Below, piece after piece: positions 37,301 to 50,812 of a stretch of DNA of 64,000 bases. The DNA comes from Eledone cirrhosa (lineage: Eukaryota). The position numbers and the translations under genes are program-made. The stretch lies in contig OZ024741.1 of the NCBI GenBank assembly GCA_964016885.1, positions 387,748,001 to 387,812,000 on the forward strand, in the 5' to 3' direction. Numbering within the stretch: the stretch's first letter is position 1; every line of letters starts with the position of its first letter. The notes under the pieces are model-generated. The model was not told the DNA's origin. It saw only the letters and a list, made by a program, of their open reading frames with translations, and made no database searches.

Positions 37301-40300
37301 GCTTCTTTTTTCGTGTTGTTTTTGTCAAGGAAACTTTAGTTCCTCTTAGTAATTTTGGACGTAATGATCTTGTATATTGTTTACAGGTAGTTAATGAAAC
37401 TAATTACAACTAGTTGATGAGGTTGTGATTACAGGTGTGGTGAGGCTGTACTTTTTCAGGTTCTGAGTTTCCTCTGTCTTTGGTAGCAAATATGCAGTTC
37501 TCCATGTAAACTATTCAGGGTATTTCTTTGGATCCTTGATGATGCCATAATAGGCAAGGTTAGGCAGGTTCTTAAAAAAAGAGTGCATCTTATAACTTGA
37601 AAAATATGCTAATTGTTTTCTCACATTTTGTTTTATTGATCTAAGAGGATTGGATTACCTCATTTAATCTTTTTTTTACGTTTTTATCACTTGAGAAGAA
37701 ACTAGAAGGTGCATACACTAAAATACTTCGGGTTGTACAAAACATAAACTGGCATCAACATATTTCAAATGAAAGTTTATGTGGAAACATACCCAAGATA
37801 ACAATTACAATTGCTGAAAGCTGGTTACGATTTACAGGACATTGCTGGAGAAGTAAGCAAGAAGTTATACACAAGTTACTATTGTGGGAACTAACTCACG
37901 GGAGATGTAGTAGAGGAAGACCTGCTTGAACCTTCATTGATCAGCTCTCAGACAATACAAACCTCAGTAGAGAACAATTGCCAGGAGCAATGGAAAAACA
38001 TGAATTGTGGAGAGACTGTCATAAATGTTCAACTGTGGTCATAATGATGATGATGATAATTATTACTACCAACCTTTTTTGATACTCAGACTGCATAAGC
38101 ACCTTGAATCTATACACCTATTGTGTTGTTTCTTACATAGTGAATTCATCTGAAATAATCATGTGCCAATTTATAGCAACACTCCTAACAAAGGATTTAT
38201 TTTCTTCTATAAATATTATTGTTTTACAGTTTTAATTTAGGTACTCAAGCCCCCTGTGTCTTCTCTTCACTTCATTTATCCACTACTACTACAAATGTGT
38301 CTTCTTACAAACTTTTATAAGCTCCTTTTTAATGCCACTTTTTAATTATCAAAAAAAGTTAGTTACATCCCATGTCCTGAACAATTAACTAATTTTTAAA
38401 CAAAACAGATAATTGTTTGGTATATATAATATAGGTGGTGTATATATTATAAATGGTGTATATAGTATAGGTGGTATATATACTAATATATGCTATAGGT
38501 GATATATATAGTATAGGTGGTGTATATACTATAAATGGTGTATATACTATAAATGGTGTATATATAGTATAGGTGGTGTATATACTATAAATGGTGTATA
38601 TACTATAAATGGTGTATATATAGTATAGGTGGTATATATAGTATAAGTGGTGTATATACTATAAATGGTGTATAGGTGGTATATATAGTATAGGTGGTAT
38701 ATATATAGTATAGGTGATTGTACCTAGTCAGTATTAGTGCAGAAATTTTTGTACATATACATTCGAGGGTGGGTGACAAGGTAGAGACGACTTTGATGCT
38801 ACCACCGTCAAGTTGACTACTTTTTTTTGTTATTATTTGCTAGGTCTAGTGCCCATGGCATTCACAAGCCCTCCAAGATTGATGCCACTGACATGACACC
38901 TAAATTGTTGGAAGTTCATACCTATAGGACACCCATAAACTGGGAGCAAATTCCAGATAGCTGATGTTCTAGGGAGGAATGGGCTGGTGTAGTAGTTAAT
39001 GCAGTGCCTGAGTGATTGGAGATAATATAGATGATGAAGAGGAGGTGAGTGATATGAGAGTATGTGAGTGAAGGTAGTACAAGTCTAGCTAGTTCTATGG
39101 AGCTGAAGTTACTATGGTGATGACACAGTACTTTAGAAGTGCTGCAAGGGATGACTATGACTACACTTTGATGGTTATAAGTGTTGTTGTTGAGCCCCAA
39201 GTCAACCCTGATCGTGCAGACCGATGAACAAAAGTAGTTTAGCTATGATCATTGTCTGTTTCCTATGTTCATGAAATCCAGGACTACATTACCCAGCATG
39301 TTCTTTTCTAGAACAGGAGGTTGTGGTTTGAAAGGGATTTGACTGCTATTCCTTGCAGGTGGAATGACTATGTAGTGGCTCATTTGTTGGCTTGTACTTT
39401 GATAGTGTCAGAATAAAACTAATTTAGTCATGGTGCAGCTGAGTCTGTCAGTGTACAGTATCAGCTTATAAGTGCTCATTATTAAAAATAAAGTACCAAT
39501 AATACACTGGGATAATTGCTGGCCTTGTGCCAAAAGTAGAAACAATTATTAGTGTGTACCTCACTTCACTTTATTATTCATGAGAGTATTGATCTAAATA
39601 CAACCACTGGTCCTACTTCGAGATGTCTCTTTATATTATGTTGTACAGGATGATATTGAGGCCATTTGGCTCTAACACTCCTTATATAACTATCTATAGT
39701 AATTGGAGATATACATCATCATCATAACATCGGCTTCTCCTGTTAGCAAGGATTGGACCAAGTCAGTACTGAAGCAAGGTTACTGATCTCCCAGATAGGC
39801 CAGGGATCTGCATCTTGTTTACATATGGTCTAACATTCTACCGAGTGCACAGGAGAGGTTGTCATGTCTTTGACTTAACTGAGAGTCTTCCAAACCTTTT
39901 GTTCGACAAGCTTTCTATGGTTGGATGTTCTTCCTATCACCAGCCACTTTATAGCATGTCATGTAAACATATTTCTGTTTTTGCCCTTCCCTTATGACTT
40001 CACCTATGTTAGTATGATGTGAAACATAGTCAATAGCTGAAATATCATTTGTGCTGTCCTGTGTTTTTTTTTTACTTAAACATTTAACCTTCACTGACTC
40101 TTTCCTCCTAATCGCAAATGTCATTGTAGTTTAGCTCTGTGGTCAAATTCCTATCCTATCTTCTTTTTCAAGTATAATGTATCTAGAAGTATATTATCCA
40201 ATGTGTCATTTTTTTTTAAGATGGTAGGATATGATTTAAGGGAGAGTTAGCTGCTATTTCTCACAGGTCAAGAGACCACATAGAGGCTTCATTGTCAACT

Positions 40301-41321
40301 TTTTTAACTGTTAAAGGATTCTGTATGGTGGAACAGCCTGGTGCCTGAATTAATATACCAGCAGTATTATATATCTCTGTATGGTAGGTTTTCAGGCTCC
40401 ACAAGGTTGCTGGCCCTTTTCATCATCATCATCATTTTATGTCCGCTTTTCCCTACTTGCAAAGGTGGGACTTTTTTCTTTTTAGTGATGGAGAGAACAG
40501 CAGTGTTATTGAAACTTCTCAGAGCCTCAAAAACTGTTGAGAGGGAGTAAAGGAAGTTCTCAAACCAAAAACCTAGTTCAAAATCTTACAACAGTAGACT
40601 CTGCCTTTGAAACACCCAAGGACCATGTGGTGGTTTTAAACAGATCATCAAATTAAAGGAGACACTCAAGTAGGCTACAGTAGGATTTTTACTCTGAACA
40701 CAAAGAGCTGAAACAAATATCACAAGACATTATATCCAACCCTCCTAGAATTCTGCTCGTTCACCTACTCTGGATTGGTATTATATTTTACTGACCTTGA
40801 AAGGATGACAGACAAAATTGACCTCTGTTTACACAGGATATATATGCCATAAAGATCATCTTTAAAAACTGTCTTCTGGCAGTAACCTTGGTGATGAAGT
40901 TGACCTTGGCTTGTACAGGATGTACAGCATAAAGACCATCTTTAAGAACTGTCCTGTCTCTTGGCAGTAAGCTTGGTGACAGTATTTCTATGTAGAGTGG
41001 TCAGATTCTGACATTGGTTCAGTGAAACTGTAACTATATTACACTGTATTGCATTTTATTGACTTAGTTTTTGTTGATGTTTTCTTTGTTTCAGCTACGA
41101 TTTGATTACTGGAATTGGAAAAAGGTAAGCGCCCCATTGTCCCCATTGCTCAACACGCACACATACACACACATGCTATATCATGATACACAATCATTCA
41201 ATTTCATAATACATATACACAAATATATGTGTATATACCACATTTCCTTCGTTATATATATATATATTCAATTTCATAATACATATACACAAATATATGT
41301 GTATATATATATATATACACA

Positions 41322-41363
<42 letters not shown>

Positions 41364-44300
41364 TAATACATATACACAAATATATGTGTATATACCACAT
41401 TTCCTTCGTTATATATATATATATATATTATTAGAAAGTGAGGTTTTTTTTAACAAAATGAAAAATAACTGAGGTGTCCTACACGAGTGAAAGTATAAAG
41501 AAAAAAAGATGAAATTGAAAATGCAACTGGAGTCTTATTTTAAAAAATATATATATATCTATTTGGTTCCTTTACCAGTTTCGCAGTTCTTCTGCTTTTC
41601 AAATGTAGAGTTGAGATGGAGGGTCTGTGGTTTTTCTCACATCTGTGAGAAAAACCACAGACCCTCCATCTCAACTGGTAAAGGAACCAAATAAATATAT
41701 ATTTTTTTTTTTAAATAAGACTCCAGTTGCATTTTCGATTTCATCTTTTTTCTTTATATATATATATATATATAATAATAATAATATAAATAATATTTAA
41801 TAATATAATAATAACATAAATAATAATAATTGTTTCTACTTTAGGCACAAGGCCAGCAATTACTCAGTGCATTACTGGTACTTTATTTTATCGACCCCGT
41901 AAGGATGAAAGGCAAAGTCAACCTTGGCTTTGCCTTTCATCCTTAATAATAATAATAATGGTTTATGATTTAGGCATAAGGCCAACAATTTGAGGGAGGA
42001 TAAGTCGATTAAATCAACCCCTGGTACTTTATTTTATTGATCCCGTAAGGATGAAAGGCAAAGCTAACCTTGGCGGGATTTGAACTCAGAGCGTAAAGGA
42101 ACGTAACTCAATGCTGCGAAGCATGGTGTCTGAACTCTACCAATACTGCCACCGAATAATAATAATAATAGTGTTCAAGTCAAATTAAACATACAGTGTG
42201 ACGTAGTGTCACTTTATATTTGTAATGTTTTATTATGACCAATTCTGTATTGTGACTCACTGATGGAATGGACTGTTCCAATTGTTTAATCAGTGGAATA
42301 GCCTGCTCATGAAATTAACATGTAAATTGCTGAACATTCCACAGACACGTGCACCCTTAACGTAATTCTCAGGGAGATTCAGCATGACACTGTGTGTGAC
42401 AAGGCTGGCCTTTTGAATTACATGTATTGACAATCAAACAGGTTTCCAAACAGTTTGTCTACCTGATTTCATTCACAAAGCAGGGGCAATAGTAAATCAC
42501 ACTTGACCAAGATGCCACATAATTGCAAAGTAAACTTCTTAACCTTTTGACTATGCTGCAACTGTATATTATCATACTAACAACCTATTGTCATACTGCC
42601 TCACTACATTGTGGCACTTTGACTCATTGTCACTAAATTGTGACACTGACACGCTACACTGGCATATTGTCACATTGGGGTTGTGATAGCAATGGACTAC
42701 AAATCTCGTCTTCTTCCATACAATATCAGAAATTTGAGAGTAACCATTCTATATTTTTTTAAGAGTCTTATGTTGCTTCCTGTTTATGTTTTGAGCCCAA
42801 TGAAGCAAGGATATATGTATGCTCCATTGAGGCACTTTTATTGTTTGATAGTAAATGTCCAAGTTCCACTACTATAAAGTAGGATTGGTTGTATTGTAAC
42901 CTGAAAAGTTGAAAGAATTTGGTAGGCTGGAATGCCAGATTCTGTAAATCTTATTACATGCTGACCACACCTAGGCTTTTCTGGTGTTGAAATTTTTTCC
43001 AGAGCCCATGATGTAAATGAAGCTTTGTCTCCTTTATTTATTTATTTAATCAATTTAAATATCCATATAGAGCCAGTAAACCATGACAGAATAGGAGAAA
43101 TATCTAGTACTTCTTACTGTTGAGAAACAAATAAATAAATAAATAAAATATACTGAGTTAAGTGAATATAAAAATAAAAATTTAACTTTAAAAATAAATA
43201 AAAGTAAATTTAATTTAATAAAAATTAAATAGGGAAGGCCAACAGGAGGAAAAATAAACATGAAAAAATGGGAAGCAAAACCAAAAAGGTCACAAGCTCT
43301 CCTGTCCAGATGTCATAGCCAGTCTAGGCAATACAATGAGCAACTGTCCTGTGTGGAGCTCTATTGATTATATTTTGGCTGAGGCAACAGGATGATGATG
43401 TGGTACACTGCATTGTCATAGGTAGATGTGAGAAGTGTTCGGACATTGAGCTTTTGAAAGAGTCTATCCAATTAATGAATGTTAGCTTTACAAAACATAT
43501 ACACACACACACATACACTGTACCAAAAGAAACCCACACTACACATGCATATGTACATACTATACACACACACACATACATATATTCACATACACACACA
43601 TACATATATACACACACATTCACACATATATATATATCACTTACAAATACCAATTCTCTCCCCTATTAAGATATCTCAACCCTATCTTATTATTTCATCA
43701 AAGCTTAATTCCTAAGTTCACTGCTTCGTTTCAGTTTTCTTTGCTACCCACTACAGCTGAATACTACGTATACTGTACTATAGATCTCACTTTTACTCTA
43801 TATTATTGGATTCCATTAAAAATACATAAATGGACCTCTGTTGTTTTCAACAAGGAGTATTATATCATTCAGTCATTGGAATAACCAACTCATTTAATTA
43901 ACAGGTGTTGAGTATTCTGCATTATTCTCAGGGAGATGCAGCATAACACAGTATGTGACAAAGCTGACCCTTTGAACTACAAGTACACTCTATCTTATAG
44001 GCTTCCAAACAACTTTTTGTCTACGCAGTTTCATTCACAAAGCTCAAGTTGACCTAAGACTATGGTAAAAAATACTTGCCAAAGATACCGTGGAGTAGCC
44101 AGAGTTCAGAACCATATGATCGTGAAGTGAATTTCTTAACTATTCAGCCAATTGTATCTCTTGATATCCATAGACCACTTATTTCATTCTATTTCCTCAT
44201 ATTATTAGAATTATGACATTGAAGACTAAGTCTTCAGATTTGCTTGTACCACTTAACAATAACAGCTTTAATGGAGTGTTGAAATATAAGCCCTTCGATC

Positions 44301-47300
44301 TAAAAACAGGTGTCAGACAGTGTTACATGCTGGCTCCAGTACTAAAGAAACATTTTAGATTAAAAAGATATATAAAAATCTGTGGCAGAAATAATTTTAC
44401 TTTATATGAATTACTTTTGTAATCAATGACATTTCCCAATGTCTCTTTTCAGTGTTTGTGGGTATATAAGACCTGTTTTCGTCTGTCAGGAACTATAAAG
44501 AACAAATTTCAGTAAAAGTCACATCGTGAAAGATGTTACTTGAATGCAAAATTGTAACCTGCAACTTAGAATACACCTACATACATTAAGAATATTTAGT
44601 TTGTTAATCTCAAAGGAATGAAAGAAATGTTTATCCAAACAGATTTTAACTCTAAGTAGAAAAGAAACCAGTGGTTCATTAAATTATACACTTATAACAA
44701 ATATAATACAAATCTTTATGAAATTATCACTCTAGATAACTAATAATTAGTCTTTTAATTGAGTCAACTTTATTCAGATCTATCATTAAAGTTTGATGCT
44801 GAAAGTAAAAACAATTTCTTTGTTATCAATCAATAACTAAATAAATATAGATTTTGATTATGAGCAAACAACAAACAAAAGTGAAATTTCCAACACAAGA
44901 AGAATCTATAACAAATATTTTACAGTTAACTCTTTTCTAATAATATTTCAGTTAAGATGTAAATAATAATAATAACTCAGAGGGATTTAGTGAAATAACT
45001 TTGTCATTAAGATATTGTCACCTGCAGAAGGACTTAAATCTGTTACCCTCAGATTTCATCAGATGGCAATTCATAAAAATGTTATGCTTTACCAACTGAA
45101 CTACATGGACATAGGTGTTTTAAATATCTTCTTAAACAATCAACAAGATCCCAGGCCTCATTCGCTTACTGAGTGGGGTGGAACTTGTCAAATTGGATCA
45201 AGAAAACAATGTTTCCATTGGTCTTTCCACCACTGATGCAATCTGACTGAAGGAGCAATGTGAAATAAAGTGTTTTGTTCAAGGACATAATGCATCACCC
45301 AGTCCAAGAATTGAACATGCAACCACATGATTGTGAATCCAATTCTATAACCACTAAGCTTTTTTAATACAATTTAGTTTAAAGGCTCTTATATAACATT
45401 ATGATGGCAGGCTTTAATTTAAACATGAACATTTTAAAATGTTAGGTTTTGTATTATAGATCAAGAGATAGTTTCAGAAGAGTTGGTTTCAAATGAATTA
45501 ACCATATTCTCCTTTTGATAATGTGCAGGTGCTTTATTTTTATTAAGCTCAGTATATTTGAGTGAATGACATACAAGAATTTTCTCTAAATGTACATGTG
45601 ATCTCTCATGCATGTTTTGTATGTGGTAAGGAGTGCATGACTAGGTTTCTTGTTTAGCTATGCATGTAAGCACCACACTCTACTTCAGGATTCTCAACAT
45701 AATTTATTACCGTTTGAAAATATTATTTTTATTTTGCATTTTATTATTGACTTTTCACTTATTTCCTTCTTTGTTCTGAAGTCCTTTTGAGTTAGCGCTG
45801 TTTTGTTTATTGATGATTTCACTCGGGCAGCCTTGAATTCAAAGACAGGACTAGATTCAAATTACATTATACCATGTTATGGATATCCTCTGTTCAAATG
45901 TATTTTAATAACAGCATTATCAGAATCATTTTCACTTCAATTCTTTTGATATTCCTTACCAAACCTGAACTGCTTGGTAATTATATAAATGAAATAACTA
46001 TATGTTGATAGCTAGTAGCAGAATATAAACACTCTGCATTGCTGAAGCTTATTCAAGAAAAAAATTCTCCTGAATAGATATTTTATTTACTAGACATTTT
46101 ATTTAATACCTTGTTCTGACGAGCAATAATTTGGTAACTGAATCTGATACAAACATCAGTTGGTAGTATGTTTTCAGGACAAAGTCTTAGGCTTATATAA
46201 TCATGTAAAGCTCTTGACAATGATGTGAAAAGTACGGAGAGTTTTTTTTTTTGGGGGGGGGGCTTACTTGAGTAGTTGCTGTTAGAGCTTAATAGACATA
46301 AACATGGGATGAGAGTATACTGCGTGAGATGTTGATGAATAATAGAAGCAAAATGATTAAAATGCACACAAATTCAGATAATTATGCATGCTGTGAGGAG
46401 ACCTGGGTAAGCACTGATATTTTAAGCAAGCAAAGTCCTTCTTTAGACTTTACTGAATAATTTTCCCTGATATCGATCACCTTTAGACTTGAGTTTTTAG
46501 TGACTGTTTAAAATGTGATGGACATGGAATTAAAAATATTATGTTGTCTAAAAAATGATGTGCTCTTGAACAGAGATGCTATAAAATGCTTACACAATAT
46601 GGTGAAGACCCTTTAAATACGGAAAAAGAAGTTGCCATTGGCTGCTATGATAAATCAAACTCCATATCTCCCAGATACCAGCTAGGTGCTTTAAACCATT
46701 AAGCCAAGGAACCAAATTAGAATACTGTTGAGTGAAAAGGAAACTCTCCTAATATCTAAGTGGTTCTCAGATATTGTTAAGCCACCTAAACAGCATTGAT
46801 ACCTTAAAGACACTCTTACAATCAAGTGTTGTTTTGGTGAAACCACTGAAGACTTACATCAATTGAAAGCCAGGGATGCTTTTGTTTTATGATTATCCGA
46901 TAATCATATCCTGAATTATATTTTTCACCAATATAAAATATTGGCTAAAATATTAAATAACAGTTAATACACCATTTCTGAGAACAGTTTGTTTCACCGT
47001 CAACAGATCATCAGCTTGGTTTAAATCGAGCTGATGTATATATTATATTATTTATGTTAATACACGGAACAAAGGTGCTACCCGTTTCAAGGCCTAAATC
47101 TGACCATACCTCCAGAAAATGAGGCATCAAAATAGTTACCTTTCTTCAGGTGTTAAGCTCATATTAAAGGTCATTATTTTGATACCTCTTGTTTGGTATG
47201 GTCAAATTTGAAACCTTAAGTATCCCTTTGTTCCGTGTAAGAACATAAATAATATAATATTTCTGCTCTCTTCCCGATTGAGCACTGTTTTCCTTTTATT

Positions 47301-47999
47301 TGTCACATCTACAGATATTGCTACATATTCATCATCATTTTACGTCCACTTTTCCATGCTTGCATGGGTTGGATGAGTCCTTCTCAGTACAGTATCTCCA
47401 TGCAGTTTTCTCTCCTGCATACCATCTCGGATTCCCCTTAAGCCCAGCCTCTCAGCTCGTCCAAGCCTTACATGGAGCTTTTTTTATTGAGAAACATTAT
47501 ATATATTTTACATGTATTCATTAAACCTAAATTTAGTATATAAATATTTGCTCTACAGGTTTATATATACTTATATATATATACACAACCCTTATTGAGT
47601 CCTCTCTGGATTTTGGTCTTTGTATTTATATATAATCTAACCCAACTTTATATTATAGGCTTTAATCAAGATAATATCCTTGATTTTCTTTTAACCTTTT
47701 TTTACCCTATTTTATTCATTAAACAATAAAACAATACTTTTGGATATCTGTGGCCAATTTTCATATCATATATCCCTCTATTACTTCAATTTATTGCTTT
47801 CTAGCCTACTTTGGTCTTTTGCTAACTTCTCTCTCCATTTTCACCCTTTCTATTCTCTCAATCTATCTCTCTGTTTTAATGCAATAATTCAGTTTTAATT
47901 AACATTTTTTCTCATATATATATTCCTATTATATTAGGAATTTGTTAATTGCGATGATATTTGTTGTATATATGTTTATCTTAGAAAAAATATATAGGC

Positions 48000-48042
<43 letters not shown>

Positions 48043-50763
48043 TATATATATAAATGTAATCTGAGTTTTTCGCATATTAATAATAATATTCGATTCGTTT
48101 ACAATTAATCAAACAGCTGTTGTGGCTTATGACCTCACAACCACCATTTTCAATTTGTCTGGCCTTTATAACGCATGTTAATTGCTCTAGTTTCTTCCTA
48201 ATCCATTGAGCGCTTGCCAGCATATCTCGAAGATTGCGTTTCATTTTGTTTTGGCCACCGCTGAAAAACGATCTCGCTGAAATTGTATCCGTTGAGGTAT
48301 ATTCTCCTTGGTTATGTCAAAATTTATAAAACACACTTCGTATTTTATCTGATGATAGCGTACCAAAATTTTTGGTACCCTTGAAATATATATAATAGAA
48401 TAAATATGGTTTTATAAATATAGTTTCCATTTATTTAATATCATTGTGTATATATATATATAGAAAGGATGAATATAAAATGAAAGTGCTTTTGTTAAAA
48501 AAGGAATTTATTAGGTGTTGACATATGTTTCTGTAACAGACCGAATACCTATGTATCGCTGCTTGCGTAATCATATAATGTTAGCAAGTATTCGATAGCA
48601 AATGTATAATCAGTTGTCACTTCTTCAGAGATTTTGGATAAACTGGATAAAATCAGAAAAATTGAAGTATTTATATTAGTAAAAGAGGAAGGAACAGAGG
48701 GGATAGTATATGACATATGGTAAAATAATTTACTGCTAAACAAGTATATAATGGGTTTTTAATGAGAATACCATGAGTAAATCTAAATAAGAATTTTGGG
48801 AGTGCCAATTTTAATCTCTACTTGACCAACTGGACAGTGGACAGGGCTGGTCATTTGGTGCAGTAGTATTAATTATAAAGTGTCAATTGGGGAAAGGGGG
48901 AGATTTCGATTGCTACTAAATAACATCAATGCTAGTAGCCAGCTGGTATATGCATTAGGGAATTGAATCAAGAAATCAGAAATCTCATTTTATCTATAGC
49001 AGTTTGTATTAAAAGGTAAATAATAGAAGAGTTGATAGAATTAAGACTAATAAAGAATGTTCATATCTATTTTGACAATCAAACGGGGATAGAGACAGGC
49101 GTTCAATCCTGGTAGTATTTATAAATACTACCAGGATTGAACGCCTGTCTCTATCCCCGTTTGATTGTCAAAATAGATATGAACATTCTTTATTAGTCTT
49201 AATTCTATCAACTCTTCTATTATTTACCTTTTAATACAAACTGCTATAGATAAAATGAGATTTCTGATTTCTTGATTCAATTCCCTAATGCATATACCAG
49301 CTGGCTACTAGCATTGATGTTATTTAGTAGCAATCGAAATCTCCCCCTTTCCCCAATTGACACTTTATAATTAATACTACTGCACCAAATGACCAGCCCT
49401 GTCCACTGTCCAGTTGGTCAAGTAGAGATTAAAATTGGCACTCCCAAAATTCTTATTTAGATTTACTCATGGTATTCTCATTAAAAACCCATTATATACT
49501 TGTTTAGCAGTAAATTATTTTACCATATGTCATATACTATCCCCTCTGTTCCTTCCTCTTTTACTAATATAAATACTTCAATTTTTCTGATTTTATCCAG
49601 TTTATCCAAAATCTCTGAAGAAGTGACAACTGATTATACATTTGCTATCGAATACTTGCTAACATTATATGATTACGCAAGCAGCGATACATAGGTATTC
49701 GGTCTGTTACAGAAACATATGTCAACACCTAATAAATTCCTTTTTTAACAAAAGCACTTTCATTTTATATTCATCCTTTCTACATTTCTCCGGAATATAA
49801 TTTATACTCGTTGAGCAAACCTGCACGTACGCTGTTCATCTCTAACGTAACGATATATTATCACTACATTATTGATAACCTGAAATTTTATATATATATA
49901 TATATATATCAAAAGTAAGTGTACAAACCAACCAAGGAGAGAAAAGAGATTAATTGTGAGAATTATAAGCCAGTGTGGTCTGGCTTCTGAAACAATTGTA
50001 AACCAATAAATATATTTTTTTAAGAATTTGGTTCTGTATTCTCTAACAATAATTTATATATATATATATATATATATTTAAATGGCTTCTACAGGACTAG
50101 AACTGTTTCATTTGAAAGAAATCATCATGAAAGCCCTGGTGTATCCATATATATGCATCCTATCACCAGCCACCTTGTGTGTGTCATTGTTTCATACTTG
50201 TCATATTTATTACCTTTTTCATATTTTCTCTTTTGTATTTGAGAAAGAGAAGTAATTAAGGGCTGAAACAATTACTTGAGCGGGGTTTCTTTGCAGTTCA
50301 GCTCTACTGAGAGTTTCTTACCACTATAAAGAATATCAACATTTTGACAATAAACGTCACATTATTTTCACGTATTCACTACAAAGGTCAAAAGGTCATT
50401 TAGTGTGTATAAACATATCTATAAAAATAATTTACAGAGAGATTATATTTTCTTATTTAACGATTTCTTCTTCATTCAATATAATAACATTCTAAAGATG
50501 AAAAACTGTCACAAAAGTAAAACCTAAGCTCAAATTTACACAAAAATTACACAAAACATTTTGTTAATCTTGAAATATAAGTGTGTGAATATGTGTATAT
50601 GTGTATTCTTTACTAGTCAGACTGCAGCCATACTGGAGCACCAACTCCAAAGGATTTAGTAGATAATATTGATCTCAGTACTTTTTTTTTCAAGTCTGGT
50701 ACTTGTTTTATCAATCTCTGTTTATTGAACTGCTAAGTTATGAGACATAAACAGTAAAGATAA

Positions 50764-50812
<49 letters not shown>

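Noticed and set aside
41071-43715. ORFs rich in Y/I/H/T
   Set aside because: Translations of (TA)n and (CA)n microsatellites.
46640-46713. tRNA gene on the - strand (and other SINE heads)
   Set aside because: The acceptor stem and T-loop are degenerate; these are repeat-derived heads, not functional tRNAs.
48549-49694. Two identical 64-aa ORFs on opposite strands
   Set aside because: A consequence of the palindrome; TTG start and no recognisable domain.
50080-50140. Minus-strand ATGATGA..GAAAC hammerhead-like string
   Set aside because: Core position 3 is broken and stems I/II are unconvincing, so it was not counted.
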